63,997 bases of DNA, filler included, from Rhabdomonas costata (GCA_019059605.1; 40 parts of 40 records of this genome joined end to end with filler, not necessarily neighbours in it), one strand, 5' to 3'. Numbered from the whole stretch's first letter, positions 1-12,955 are shown. Numbers and translations are program-made. Notes: generated by a model not told the origin, from the letters alone.

Positions 1-749
1 GGTGGTTTTTTTTCCAGCTTTTTGCAATGCTAACTCCTATCTTTGCCGCAAACACTATCTTTGCCGCAAACACAGCAATTATGTGTTGCCCACGCTGGAG
101 TCCGTGGAGGTTTCCGCACAAACTGCCGTGTACAATGACTACTTCGAATGCGGTTTGTGCCTGTCTCGTGTCGTGGGGTGCCTGCATTCACACACAGTAT
201 TTCCTTTGGACCATCGGAAGGATGCAGTCTTGTGAAACCTCCTCAGCTGTGCTGAAAAAGCCACACCCTGTGGTTCCCATTGCTGTGAATATGAATACTC
301 TGGACTTTCAACTCTGAGTCACCATCATTCTTCAAAATAGCAGTAATTGCTGGCTGTTCTTGATTTCCTTCTTTTCTCATCATTTTTTTTTACCACACTC
401 CTTCAAGTTCCTCTCCACACCTATCCACACCCGCATCGGTTTTTGGTGCAGCCTGGAATTCAAGCTAGCAAGGTGTGATCCCCTAACTCCGCCAAAAGTA
501 TGGCGTTTGCAGCGTTTGGATGACATCCTTGGGCCGTGATGATGCTATCGAAACACCACTCAGATAGAATGGGTAACCCAAATAGCCTCAATCTACTGCA
601 ATTAAATCTCGCAACCACTATCAGACGCTACTTGGTTGGACTCTCTCTTTCTGGCGCCCGCTCCCCCCCCCCCTTCCCCTATTACCTGTTAATAGTCGCC
701 CCTCTGTAGTTGCCCTGAGATGGTGATGGGGTTGGGCCTCCGTGCGCAG

Positions 750-913
750 ATGCCATCATCGATGCCAACGGAGGTGGGGCCTACCCCATGGTGCAGTTCA
801 ACTACTTCGTGGTGCAGACCAGCGTGACCACGACGCCCGCGGGGTGCGCCGCGCTGAACGCCACGCTGAGCCTTATCAGCTGGATCAACACTAACAGCAG
901 CGTGCGGGCGATG
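750..913 (+). CDS. Internal exon encoding a PstS/phosphate-binding-protein-like domain segment (probably the ectodomain of a receptor protein)
   Basis: cgcAG|ATGCC...GCGATG|GTGTGA; translates (D)AIIDANGGGAYPMVQFNYFVVQTSVTTTPAGCAALNATLSLISWINTNSSVRAM, resembling the PstS C-terminal pattern NA.G..AYPI..F.Y...L..F..W; strong GC3 bias; absent from the ORF track. Confidence 0.6.
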
Positions 914-1502
914 GTGTGAGGCCGGGAGCCCCTGTGTTGCGTGTGCATGCGGTGACTACCTCATAGAAGTGATGTTAGATGATGTGCCTGCTCTGTGAAA
1001 AGCATATCTTCTTGGGTTACATTCCTTGTGATCTCTCTTTATCGCTTCTGAGAAAACAGCTTTTGAGAACTGAGTCGAGTTGCAATGAATCGACTTCCCA
1101 GCTTTGTTTCAAAGTGTGTGTTTTTCGTTTTTGCGTGTCTTCTTTCGTTTTGCCAATTTTGTTGGGATTGTTCTATGTAAAAAGGGTGCCGAGAAACAAT
1201 GCCGCCCCTGCACTACCATTACGGAAGCTTTAGGGACAGAATATATTATGGAGAAGCTGCACCGCCGTTCAGCTCGCTACTGTTTACAAAAACGCCCAGC
1301 CCAAAGATTCTTGGATAAATCGTCAACCGAAACACATGGGCCCAATTTCCTTGTTCCATGGTAGGATGTGTTGTGTTTTGGCATTTCTTTGGGTCAAGAG
1401 ATCGGAATGATGACTCGCACGTGGCGTCTCGTCACCCTCAGATTGAATCGAAATATTTCATCCCCGCTCTGCTGCCCACCACCACCAACCACACCCACCA
1501 CA

Positions 1503-1602
1503 NNNNNNNNNNNNNNNNNNNNNNNNNNNNNNNNNNNNNNNNNNNNTTAATTAATTAANNNNNNNNNNNNNNNNNNNNNNNNNNNNNNNNNNNNNNNNNN
1601 NN
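1503..1602. other. Artificial contig-joining linker (44 N + TTAATTAATTAA + 44 N); first of 39 copies spaced about every 1.6 kb
   Basis: The same N-padded six-frame-stop linker recurs throughout (e.g. 3106-3205, 4709-4808 ... 62397-62496); flanking segments are all about 1500 bp and unrelated. Confidence 0.99.
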
Positions 1603-3530
1603 TGAGGCAGAAGCGGCTCACGGGGTTGAAGAAGAGATGGAGGACGTGTACTCGGGAGCTCAAGTGGAGCAGGAAACTTCAGTTGACGTCTCCCACGAAG
1701 CTGAAGCTGAAGCTGAAGCTGCGAATAGCGCCAGGCAGCGCGTTGGAGAGAATTGCACGAGCAGATAGATAAACGTTTGAGGAGACCCACAGCTAAAAAA
1801 ACCCAGATAATGGATCGTTTGAGGCGATGGAAGCTGACAAGAAAGAGTGAAGCACGGTTTCGGTATGAGGGAGGAGCGAAGGATAATCAGCGCAAAGCGG
1901 TATTCATGCGAGGTTGTTTCCTTTGGCACCCTCCCAAAAACGTTTATGCCCCCAGCAATGGGGCCGCCGCTTCGACGGAGAGTTAGGTTTGCCCTTCTAC
2001 TATTGGAATTGAACAACCCCACTCCCCAGCCCCAATGTTGTTTTGCAAAAACGCAAACCCGACATTGATAAGTAGGAGCGGCGGCCAAAATTTTTGGTTG
2101 TTCAAAGTATTTTGGAAAACGTTGTCTTGGCGACGGCTTCCTTAAACGGGGGAATATGAGCAGGAAGAGGAGTCTTGCGCATAACTAAAACACCCAATCC
2201 ATAACACACTTCAAAGGGTGTGTGTTTTTACACCCCTAATAAAGCACTCTACTGCGGTATGGGGTGTCGTCTTTGGATGCAAAATTGCACTTTTTCTTTC
2301 CTGTGTGTTGTGTTGTGTTTTGTGGCTTTTCGCAAGGCTAAAAAGTATTATGGGTTAAAGCGGCTGGGTTTGACGCGGCCGAAGGCCGTTCAGCGGCAGA
2401 AACATTGGTTTTGTCATGTTTTTGTACAGTGTTTTTGCCCGGTACGAGCGGCAAGATGCCCAACATTTTGCCCGTTATTGTCGGCAGGACCGCATATTAA
2501 TACGTGTGGTCGATGTAAACCAGAACACGCGAAGGGGAGTCGTGCTGGGCAACGGCCTTCTCCTCGCCTCACATTTCAGGCGCTCGAAATTGTCAATTTT
2601 TTCCAAATTCCTGTTGAAGCGCCCAAAATGGCCATTTTAACCGTTTTTGTTTCACTTTCTTGCCAAACAACGCGCGTAGGATACTGCGTTCGGTAAGGTG
2701 CTGGGAATCCACCTTCCAATAATGGAATTGAACAACTTCCCATTTTCGAACGTTGGTCGGCAAAACGGTCTTCGGAAAACGTTGTTACCCCCGACCTGTG
2801 TCCGTTTTCCTTCCTTGTCTTCACTCTGTCTCGTTCCTCTCTAAATTATTCCCATTTTGGGCATCGACATGCTTCTGTGCATTATATTTTTCGCTTTCTG
2901 CTGCGGAACACGGGCACCAGGCGACCGGGTTGGTATTTGGGCGCATTCTGACACACGTTCATATTTGGGCGCAGTCTGACACACGTTCCGCGCGGGCACG
3001 GGAATCCGCGGTGTAAAGGCGAAAAAGCAGAGGATAATTATAAAATTAATATCATCAGGTTTGCTGCAGCGTTTTATTGAAGAAGTCGGAATGCGCCCAA
3101 ACACCNNNNNNNNNNNNNNNNNNNNNNNNNNNNNNNNNNNNNNNNNNNNTTAATTAATTAANNNNNNNNNNNNNNNNNNNNNNNNNNNNNNNNNNNNNNN
3201 NNNNNGTGGTTTTTGCAGCAAATAGCGTGTGCTGACTATGTGAAGCAGCTGTTGTCCGGGTATGTGCCTTGACCACCCAAGGCGAACTCGGGATGCGTTT
3301 TGACTGACTTGATACGGACAGCAACTGTGCAATTCAGAGGCGAAATTCGGCCTAATTTGTGTCGCCCCCTCACCCAGCAAACCCTACTCGTGAATAGCCA
3401 ATGCTATTCACGGGGGTTGAATGGAAGGACGGGGAGTGGGGAAAGTGAAACAGACTATGCCCACAAACTTCTGCCAATATTTCTTTTCACCCAAAAGTAT
3501 ATTTCCCCTTTTTTTTCTCTCCGAATGGAC

Positions 3531-3697
3531 CTGAAGATCAGTCCGCAGATCTTCTGTCGGGTGACCCGGCTGGTAAAGGGCAGCAACACAAGCGTGGTGA
3601 GGGCCTCCAGTACAAACGCGACGACCCAGCTGGTGATAATCAGAACCCCCCCGCACACTGTGGCCGCATACTGCTGCGCTGAGGTGATCCCAGCCAT
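3531..3697 (-). CDS. First exon of a putative 1-acyl-sn-glycerol-3-phosphate acyltransferase-like membrane protein
   Basis: ATG at 3697 preceded by a pyrimidine tract and AG; MAGITSAQQYAATVCGGVLIITSWVVAFVLEALTTLVLLPFTSRVTRQKICGLIFR then AG|GTCCAT donor; resembles (from memory) the N-terminal TM region of trypanosomatid LPAAT-like proteins. Confidence 0.45.
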
Positions 3698-5785
3698 TCG
3701 CCGCTCGAAGGAGCAGGAGAGAGTGTGAGTGAAACTAGAAGGAGCGCGGCAATGGTAGAGCCAGAAAAGAAGAAAAGAACAACACAAGACTGAGCGCGCG
3801 CACACACACACACACAAACATGAGAGCGACACATAACAAATCGCAGACGGGGCGGAGCGCCCGCAGTGGTGTGCCACGTTGAGACGTTGCAGAGTGGGAA
3901 CCACGTGCTGACCTTCATTGCTTTGCAACTGGAACAACTGGAAAACACACCTCAGCATAACTTTCGGCTCAAAATCACAGCGCAAAGTGGTACTATCAGT
4001 TCTAAGGTAATGCGGAAACAAGGTCTCGAAGCAGGGGATGAGGGGGACCGAACGTCTATCCGGCCGGAGCGTCCGCCTAACTCCCAGACCATGCTCTTTC
4101 TCCATGAAAGCCTCGCAAACATGTGGGGGTGAACCCTTACCCCACGTCAGTGAACCTATCAGGGTCCACCGACATGGGGGAAAATGGAAATTCAACTCCA
4201 GGCAATCCACCCAACTTCACGCTTTTGAGGTTGGGGTTGCAAGAAAGCAAACCGCTAATTTAAGCACCCTTATTTGTAAATATCTCAGCGGGAAATGCTC
4301 GTTTCACGTACCTGATGTTCCAATGCATACCCCACAAAGGGTGGGAGTTATGGGCCATCAACTTGTCATATTTTCCACATTCGTATTGTGCGCTATTGGT
4401 CCTTTCATCGCACGCAAAACGGGGACAGCGGCGTTACGTACCGGTATAAAAAAAAGTAGAGGACAGTCATTTTTGTGGCTCGCTGTGGCAGTTTTGAGTC
4501 CATTTCGTATTGCACTTGTTCTTCAAAAAAAATTATCCCAGGTTACAATGGCACCCAGTCCATTGTCGGGACCCAGCACAAGTCCAACGTTATTGCCTGG
4601 GATTAATGCACCTCAAGTTCACACTCTTTACCCTTATAATACAGGATGTGGGGCATGAGCTCTGCAGAGACGAAGACCGGTTTTCCTATCTTCGCTTTTT
4701 CCAACCCANNNNNNNNNNNNNNNNNNNNNNNNNNNNNNNNNNNNNNNNNNNNTTAATTAATTAANNNNNNNNNNNNNNNNNNNNNNNNNNNNNNNNNNNN
4801 NNNNNNNNAATCAATGGGTACCCGACAATCACTCCAGCCCTCCTGGGTGTGTTGCACAAGCTGGATTGGATAAAGTGTCGCTCTCATCTTCCAGTTTGCT
4901 GCGCTTTGCTTTTTTGAATTTGGTTGGGTCGTTGGGTACCTCTACTCCTTTGTGGGCCTTGCAGAGGTGTGTTGTGATGCTAAACTTCCTCTGTGTGGTG
5001 TTTTGGAAAACATATTCATTGCATTGGGTTTATGGGGGCCCAACAGTCTGCAGAAAATCAGAAATCGACAGCGCAGCTCCAGGAATAACTGCGGGCTGCA
5101 GAAGAGGGGGAAAGTGACCTTCGATGTTCTCGCGTTTCTGTACACCACTTTGAACTTTGCACTTTATTGTTTTTGTGGGCTTTCTGTGATTTATTTTAAA
5201 AGCATTACAACTGCGTGCTGACGTGCTGCAGTGAAGTACCAGGGTTCTTCGCGTACAAGAAGAGAACAAAAGAGCACTCCCTCTTTGTTGTTTGTTTCCA
5301 TCGGCACCCACAAATCGCGGACCCCCATCGCAGATACCCTCACATCACCTTTCCTTGCTAATTGTTTTGAAAGCAACGTCTACCTCTTCCTTCTTACTTC
5401 TTTCTGATTCGCTTGCGCTTCTCTGTTTCACTGTTGCGCGGACCAATGACCGCAAAACAAAATAAAACAGCTGCTATCGTGATCAGTGTTACAGTTCAAG
5501 AAAAGATTTTCATGCAAGAAAGGGATACAAATATGTTCAGTCGAGAGTTGTTGCGAGCACTTTGTCACTTTGCCAAGTCGGACGCTATGTTGCAGTGATC
5601 ACGGAGGAACAAACGCGAAACAAAAACCACTTCTAGCCACTGCTAGCGCCAGAAGAGGGTGTGTACACCCCACTTCAACGCCTATCTGGCCACTTTGGCA
5701 ATGGTGCTTATGTCACCACGGTTGGGTGGGGCTGAGTGGTACCACTTGCTTGTGTCTCGCACAGCGAGAGAAACGCCACCTTAGC

Positions 5786-5881
5786 CGCTCCAAGCTGGAG
5801 GAGATTGTCTACAGCAACCTTGTGAATCAGGTCGACGAGGTCATTGCTTCGGAGGTGGCGGGCTTGATCTTCGCCCGCTGA
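5786..5881 (+). CDS. Probable terminal exon of an unidentified gene
   Basis: ccttAG acceptor then GC3-biased RSKLEEIVYSNLVNQVDEVIASEVAGLIFAR*. Confidence 0.35.
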   Translation, partial: RSKLEEIVYSNLVNQVDEVIASEVAGLIFAR

Positions 5882-7499
5882 CAACCCGAGAGATTCAGAA
5901 GCACTTTGACGACTTTGGCCTTTTCGCGGAGTTTGGTTAGCACACGCACACCACTCAACTCAACCACCTGCTTTCGGCTCTTCTAACTCAGCGGCTATTG
6001 CTCTTCAAAAATTCCACCATACCTTCTCTCCCATTGTTCATTGGTAAAGTAGTTTGGTGGTGGCTAGTATGTTACCTTCCATTTATTGGGTTTGGCCTCC
6101 ATGCAGCTCTTACACCACAGAATGGCGCGTGTAATAAAGAAGTGAATATTGTGGATGCCAGCGAACACACAAACAATAACAGCCGGCAGACGCACATCAA
6201 TCATGTGCCAAAAGCGGTCACTCACAGGAAGTGAGCGGTAAATCTGGCTCTGCAGACGACAAAAACGGTACACACTCTGCCATGGTCCTTTTCGCGTGGA
6301 AAAAACAAACANNNNNNNNNNNNNNNNNNNNNNNNNNNNNNNNNNNNNNNNNNNNTTAATTAATTAANNNNNNNNNNNNNNNNNNNNNNNNNNNNNNNNN
6401 NNNNNNNNNNNTTGTTTTTGTACTCACGTCCGTTACCTAATGTTGCTGATCAGCTACCTGGAAGACAACCAGGCCAGCAGCTTTCCGCCAACGGATGTGA
6501 GTACAAAAACGAAGTGTGAAAGCCGCACAAAAACGCTGGGCAGACAGTGGAGCAGTTGTGATAAACAGAAGTCGAAAAGTTCCTTAGGTGAAAGAAAGTC
6601 CTCGTTTCCCATGTTCTTTTACACTACCTACTGTAGAGTGCTTTCGGCTGGTATCTCTCTGCTTTCTCCACTCTTGGCTACCTTAGCGCTGCGGGATGAG
6701 GAATTTTCACCCTTATCTAATTCCTCCTAGGCTTGAAGTTTTTGAAAGGTGATCTCTGTATCCGTGTCCTCGTGTTTTTTTTCAGCCCGTGGGCTCAAGA
6801 CGCACAAGATGAGTAAGGCGACACACGGTTTCCTTCTTTTTGGTGCTGTTGGGTCACCAAAATGCACTTAACTCCAATACAAGGAACGAACCTACGCCAT
6901 TTTTTTTGCCAAAACTGCGTCTGTGCAATATATCCCATTAGGATTTGTTTTTGTTGGAGTACCAAGTTTGTGGCAAAAGCGTTATCCTGGTGTACGCCTG
7001 TTCGAACTTCGTTCCAGCCTCTTATGAACTGTATCTCTAATTGTGAATCTCAGCATACCACCAAAAATCCCGATCCACCTCGCTAACCACTCTGGACGGG
7101 TTGTCAAACTCGGGTCTGAATAGGTAATGTTTCGGACAGATAAGGAGGTGCACGTGATACAAGGCAAAGTAAACATTGTCTACCTCTGGAACTCTGTACG
7201 CCCACGCCAGCTCCATCGGCAACTTCATTGTCCAACGCGGCTACTTCCCCTTCATATGGAACTCTGCAAGAGAAACGAACTTCTCGAGTACGCCATTGCC
7301 TGTGGTTACTGAAGTTCCTCCAGCACCAAAACAGGAGCGAGTTTCAGTTCGCACACCGATAGTTTAACATACTCCCTGTGTCAACCGCTTCTATCCACGT
7401 CACGGATGGATCATGTGGAACTCTGGATTCAACAACCTCACTCGAATATTCTATTAACTTTATATGGCATAACTCCACCTTAGGACCTACCGAATTAGT

Positions 7500-7880
7500 A
7501 GTCAGAACGGAATGTCCAGCACGAACAAGGTCCAGAAGAGTCAAAAAGGGGTCAGAAGCATCAGAGAGGTTGCTTCTCCACTGGAACTCTTTGAGATTCT
7601 CCCACAAGAGGTGGTCCTGTGCCCCGCCGCGGGCATTTAGCCAGGTCTTCAGGCGTCCCCAGCAACCACCAATGGTGTTGGTGTGAACCCGGAAGGTCAG
7701 TCATCCAAACACCTCATCTTTAGCATACTGCTCGTGAACATGGTCCACGTAGCTGTGCTTGTAACTGTCCCCAAACCGATGCCGATACCTGTCATCGCTC
7801 TTGCTTCAAGGACCCTCTCCTCTTGTCTAGATCCATTCCCTCAACAATGTCCAGGTTTCTCTGGATGTGTAACGAATCTC
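7500..7880 (-). mobile_element. Degenerate Merlin (IS1595/ISXO2-like) DDE transposase, C-terminal half
   Basis: One frame reads SRETWTLLREWI*TRGEGP*SKSDDRYRHRFGDSYKHSYVDH...*LTFRVHTNTIGGCWGRLKTWLNARGGAQDHLLWENLKEFQWRSN...DPFLTLLDLVR, matching the Merlin pattern Y.H..VNH...VHTNTIE..W..LK...G...L.EF.WR...D.F..LL; stops at 7827-7829, 7806-7808, 7701-7703; catalytic Glu replaced by Gly. Confidence 0.8.
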
Positions 7881-8141
7881 ACACGACTTCTAAGTCGTTT
7901 GCGCTCACAAAACANNNNNNNNNNNNNNNNNNNNNNNNNNNNNNNNNNNNNNNNNNNNTTAATTAATTAANNNNNNNNNNNNNNNNNNNNNNNNNNNNNN
8001 NNNNNNNNNNNNNNGGTTGGTTGGTCGAACGACTAGAATGTTCCGCGATTTGGTAAAGATGGTGAGAAAGTAAACAAAGGGTCTCCGTCCAAGACGGCTT
8101 TTCAAAATCGCGGAACATTCTAGTCGTTCGACCCACCTACT

Positions 8142-8324
8142 TCATACGAAAAGTCGCAGAAAGTATGTTAGCATTTCCCTTCCAAGGATAGACCTGTCCT
8201 CCCAGTGGCTCTCGCAAAGTCGGCGGCAGTGGTTCCGGAAGTGTTCGCTACTCAGCACCTGGGTGACGACCTGCCGCACCAGTGCGGCCAAGGGGTCCTG
8301 CTCGGCAGGCGCCGAGGCTACCGC
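8142..8324 (-). CDS. Exon of an unidentified gene, divergent from the E2 exon
   Basis: ctcAG acceptor, GC-rich AVASAPAEQDPLAALVRQVVTQVLSSEHFRNHCRRLCESHWEDR; 3' boundary uncertain. Confidence 0.35.
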   Translation of the reverse strand, partial: AVASAPAEQDPLAALVRQVVTQVLSSEHFRNHCRRLCESHWEDRSILGREMLTYFLRLFV

Positions 8325-9099
8325 TGAGTCCAATCCGCCCCCACACACACCACACAAGACAAAAGCAAAAAAAAAAACTGCGTTGTGCTTTTGTATCACG
8401 TTTCTCACAAAATGCAAACTGCCCTGATGATTGCTTCAAACAAACCACTCTGTTCTTTTCTGTGATTGATTGAAAGACAGAACTTGTCGTGAGGGAGTTA
8501 ATTCAACCGAACGTGGAGTTGTATTTTTGGTTGTTGGGGGGGGGGGCGGTTGTTGCGTAAAGTGCTTAACGTTTGTAAATCGTGGGATGAGGTGCGAAGG
8601 GCATCCTGGCGACGTTGAATTAGAAAAAGTGCGGAGATAAGAACCATTGAAATCTACACCCGCCTCAGCCGCCCGCTCCGCGCCGCGTGCTGGTTTCCAC
8701 GGCCCGCAGTTGCGCGGCGGCTGGCCTGCGCCCCGAAGTTAATCGAATTCCTTTTGGTAATAACTAAAGCCCAGCAAGGAATGAGTTCCTATCACCAATA
8801 CTGACCAACGTGAAACATAACGGAATTGTCAAAGATAGATTTTTCATAGACCGCCCCATGACCGTAAAAAGCCCCGCCCCGTGGCCGCGAAAAGGACGGA
8901 CATCTTTGATGCTGAAGAGTGGATGAGGACGTGTTGGGTGTTTGCTCGCAGCCAGCGGACATCAGTTGTTTGTTGTACTGAGGGGGTGCCTAACAGCAAT
9001 CGTGCACCGCCGACGTATCCCATCCGCCAAACAGGGGACCAGTGGCTGAGCGGGCAAAAAAAAAACGTTTGCAGGAAATAGGATGCTTTGACCGCGCAG

Positions 9100-9266
9100 A
9101 TGTGGTGGAGCTCTCGCAGAATCCTGTGGAAGGCGTTGAGGTCACCGTGCACGACGTGTTTGACTGGGAGGTCGAGGTGGAGGGCCCGCCGGGCACGGCT
9201 TACGAGGGCCAATCGCTGAGGATGCGCGTGCATTTCCCCATCGAGTACCCCCACAAACCACCCACG
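9100..9266 (+). CDS. Ubiquitin-conjugating enzyme (E2/UBC fold), internal exon
   Basis: gcgcAG|ATGTGG...CCCACG|GTCTCT; DVVELSQNPVEGVEVTVHDVFDWEVEVEGPPGTAYEGQSLRMRVHFPIEYPHKPPT contains the UBC motifs W...I.GP..T.YEG and FP..YP..PP; catalytic Cys exon not identified. Confidence 0.88.
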
Positions 9267-9753
9267 GTCTCTCACTCACTCACTCACACTCTTTCCCACA
9301 TGCATCCGCGTCTCATGTCGGGAAGTGGAAAACTTGAGCTCAGTACTGAGGCCTTTTATGCCAAGAGTCGGACATGGTGAAGGACTGCCTGCCGCAGAAC
9401 CACAAACACAGCCTGTCGTCGATCATGTCGCTCTTTGTGTGTGTGCCCGTGGCGATTGAGAGAGACTTTTTGGAGCCACCGGAGTAGGCCACTTGCTACC
9501 AACATATGAACCCCCCCNNNNNNNNNNNNNNNNNNNNNNNNNNNNNNNNNNNNNNNNNNNNTTAATTAATTAANNNNNNNNNNNNNNNNNNNNNNNNNNN
9601 NNNNNNNNNNNNNNNNNCAACTCCCAATCACCCATTAACCACCACTTCTCCGGTCCCCGCTTTCTGCCTTTCTTCATTCAGTCGTCACTGTACCGCAGAT
9701 CCAAAGCAGAAAAAAGGGCTCCTGTCGCAGCATAAGGCATCGCTCTCCCTCAC

Positions 9754-10803
9754 CTGAGTCCGGAGAGGGTACCGCTGGGCTTCCAGGAGCAGGGCTGGTC
9801 CCTGGCGGGGTTTCCGAGGGGCCCCGTTCAGCCTCCAAGAAGGGCTCCACCCACCGCAGCAGCTCCTCAGGGCACTCCCCGGGCAGGGCCCCACAGCCAA
9901 CTTCGGAAAGGATCTCCGTGCTCAGGTCGGTGTCCCGAAGGCTGACCGCAGGGGAAGGCTCCACGGAAAGCACCCGAAACCGGTACACCTTTGGGCGAAG
10001 GAGACGGTGGGAAGCGTCGCAGAGAATAATCAAGACTGAGAAGGCAGAGATAAGGCAAAGAGTCCGCGGTCCACCAGGGTTATCATAAAAAATTAAGTTG
10101 CATCCAGAACCGCCGAGTTGAGGAAAATTGAAATTCAAGTCCCCCGGTACCCTCCAAAAGGGGTTTTTGCATTCGCTCTGGCGTTGCCAGGTGTGAAAAG
10201 CACGGGTTCTGCGTTCAGAGGGAAATTACCTTGGCCCTATGACCCTGCGCTTTCCGGTGCCCTGCAGACGGCGGCGTTTAATTGGAAAAGCGCGTACCGA
10301 AACCGTCCATAATCGAAGGCACCTTTCTCGTTCGTTGCTTGTTCATTTGGAGAACCGGCAGACCTTCCTGTTGTGCGGGCTAGTGACCGCCAGAAGGTCC
10401 CCCGAGGTGAGTGTGTGGCACCGCCGCAGCTCGAACTCCAGAAGGGCGTCGGAGGACGGGACATGGGCCCAGCCTTCACTCAGAGGTTGCAGCCGCGCAG
10501 CACGCCCTAAAAGCAACAGCCGTATTTTCTCCGTTCCTCCATCCCTACCCCACTTCCGAAAAAGAAGGTCCCACAGAAGAAGGCAGCACAGTCGGCAGGG
10601 GTCCTGCAAACGACTGACCTCTGAAACGACCCAATGAGAATAAAAAAATCCAAAGCGAAACCGACCGCTGTTCCCAAACCTGCGGCAGGCGCTTTCATCA
10701 ATACAGAAACCAAAAACTTCACACAGGTCGCACCTTTGGGGAGGGTGACGGTGCGGAAGCATGCCAGGGAGCCCTCCTGGAGCCCCAGCTTGGCCAACAC
10801 CAC
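9754..10803 (-). CDS. UFD1-like protein, three exons (10803-10734, 10506-10364, 9988-9754)
   Basis: GT-AG splicing joins VVLAKLGLQEGSLACFRTVTLPKG / RAARLQPLSEGWAHVPSSDALLEFELRRCHTLTSGDLLAVTSPHNRK / VYRFRVLSVEPSPAVSLRDTDLSTEI in frame, colinear with the UFD1 domain (L.L.EG, LQP, A.LE..LR...LT.GD, P..AVS...D). Confidence 0.82.
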
Positions 10804-11469
10804 CTGAAACCCCCCCCACAAATAATCCAATACATTTCATTTTCCTCTGCCCACTTCTAAGTGCGGGTGTCTTTTCAGCAGTCGCTGCACGCGTCAATGC
10901 GTAGGAGGGTTTTGGTTTTCGTTATTTTTATAAAGCGCTGTGTGTGCTTGGCAACCGCGGGGCAGCCGGAGAGTTGTTTGCTGAGCCGTTGCCCCGCGGC
11001 TCACAACATGATGAGGGGAATCGTGTGAGTACAGACAGCGAGTTTCCTACGACAACTATTGCATGGCGTTCATCTTTTGGATCACTGCTTTCAGCCTTTC
11101 TACTCATGGCCACAAAACCCNNNNNNNNNNNNNNNNNNNNNNNNNNNNNNNNNNNNNNNNNNNNTTAATTAATTAANNNNNNNNNNNNNNNNNNNNNNNN
11201 NNNNNNNNNNNNNNNNNNNNGGTTGGGGGGTATTACACGACCCTACCTGCTGGACGAGCAAGCTGACTTTTACGCGTGGATGTACGCCTGGGACCCGTGG
11301 GGCAGGCGATGGATCTTGATCTGTTGTCACTGGCTCCCAAAAGTGCTGCACGGTCCTCGTGCCAGCATCCAGGCAACGAAGACATTTCTGTTAACAACTT
11401 TTCATTCACGCCTGGTTTCATCTATCCTCAAAACTTACCAAGTCCCAAGTGAACAACACAAATAGAGAC

Positions 11470-11647
11470 CTGTTCGAGCTTCTCGCGGAACTTCCACTGC
11501 GTGTTGGCCAGGGTTTCGGAGGGGCGCTTGCCCAGCTTGCGGGCCATCTTCGCGTTGAAGGCCTCCCACTGCTCCCTCTGCGCCTCCCACCGCTCCAGAG
11601 CGCGCTCCTGAGCCGCCGTCATGGTGTCTTTTGCGCTGCGGCTAAAC
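11470..11647 (-). CDS. Internal exon, coiled-coil protein, possibly MYCBPAP/FAP147-like flagellar protein
   Basis: tgcAG|GTTT...GAACAG|GTCTCT; MTAAQERALERWEAQREQWEAFNAKMARKLGKRPSETLANTQWKFREKLEQ; family assignment from remembered pattern only. Confidence 0.4.
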
Positions 11648-12955
11648 CTGCAGAATCCCTCCCCCCAGATTTCTATCTGTGAGCGCGGACAGTCCCGCGC
11701 AGACGCGGCGGCTCGACCAAAAGGCTTTCCATTCACTGGGCTGCTCTGCCAATTCAATTCCCTCTGAACTTCATCGCTTTTTGTGCCCAAATCACACACA
11801 AGTATGTGATTAAACAGTGAGCGGTGCGCGGAGCAGTGGCCTCAGTGCATTTACTAATTGGCTCCTCCAATTGGCAAACCAGTTCAAGGTTGTTGTTGTA
11901 GGAACAGACGCTGGATTACGAACACGATTTACTTGTGCCCAGGTGCTCAACGGGCCCTTCACCGACCACTTCGGCACACAACAAGTCGGCCGTTGACGCT
12001 GAAGGACCCTTCACTGCATTATCCGCAGAAACAAGGGACTTCCGCCGTAACCTTCAAGTTGCATGGCAAGCAAAGATGGCGATGACTGGGAAGAAAATGA
12101 TACAAGGATAAAGAGATACCGCAGAATGAAAGTGGAGAGAATATACTGCTCCCCTTAACCAAAAAAGCCGCATACCCTCTGGGACGATGATACACCCAAG
12201 GGACGGATCAAGGAAACGAACTAAACATGCGAGGGCCCGAGCACACAGCAAGGAAAAGGAAAACTACAGCACAGCAGGGAAAAGAGATGCACAGGGAACA
12301 AATCACAAAACTATCTGCGGAAGTGGGCAGAAGAAGCTGCCGCAGGCGGGGGGCGGCATTTCTTAGAGCAATCAAGGCCATTCCACCCTTTTCTTTCCTC
12401 CGGGATAAACTGGACGCAATTTTACGCATTTTACGTAGAACTTCAAACGCTCCAACATTCTTACGATTTAGAGTAAAACTCATTTTGCTCGAAGAAAAAA
12501 AATGCAGATTCCCTCTCTGCAGGCTGAGCCATTGAGTGAATCCAACAAGGAAACACGAGCAAGAAGGTAGTACACGGGCGGTACTTGTGGTACAGTTGAG
12601 ACGTGGGGATACAATTAAGCGGCACCAATGATGGCATCGTAAACTTCTGCACACACACAGAGGAGCATTCCACAGCTGCAGCAGTGACACTTCACACGAT
12701 ATCCCCTCTTCCCAAACGTCTTTNNNNNNNNNNNNNNNNNNNNNNNNNNNNNNNNNNNNNNNNNNNNTTAATTAATTAANNNNNNNNNNNNNNNNNNNNN
12801 NNNNNNNNNNNNNNNNNNNNNNNGGTGGTGGGGGTGTACTCACTGCATCCAAAGAACCGGAAGAGAGCACACGGTGGAAGCCCGCGCTGGATAAAAGAGG
12901 AATACAGGAATCATCGCCCCCCCCACCCCTGCCGCTGTTCCCTGTGAGTGCACAC

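Noticed and set aside
1547-1558. Regularly spaced TTAATTAATTAA repeats resembling an array
   Set aside because: Artificial six-frame-stop linker inside N padding; not CRISPR or biological. All ORFs containing X runs are artefacts.
7037-7228. KLPMELAWA resembling the Pif1 helicase motif PL.LAWA
   Set aside because: The following T.HK.QG motif is absent and the upstream segment is better explained as Merlin
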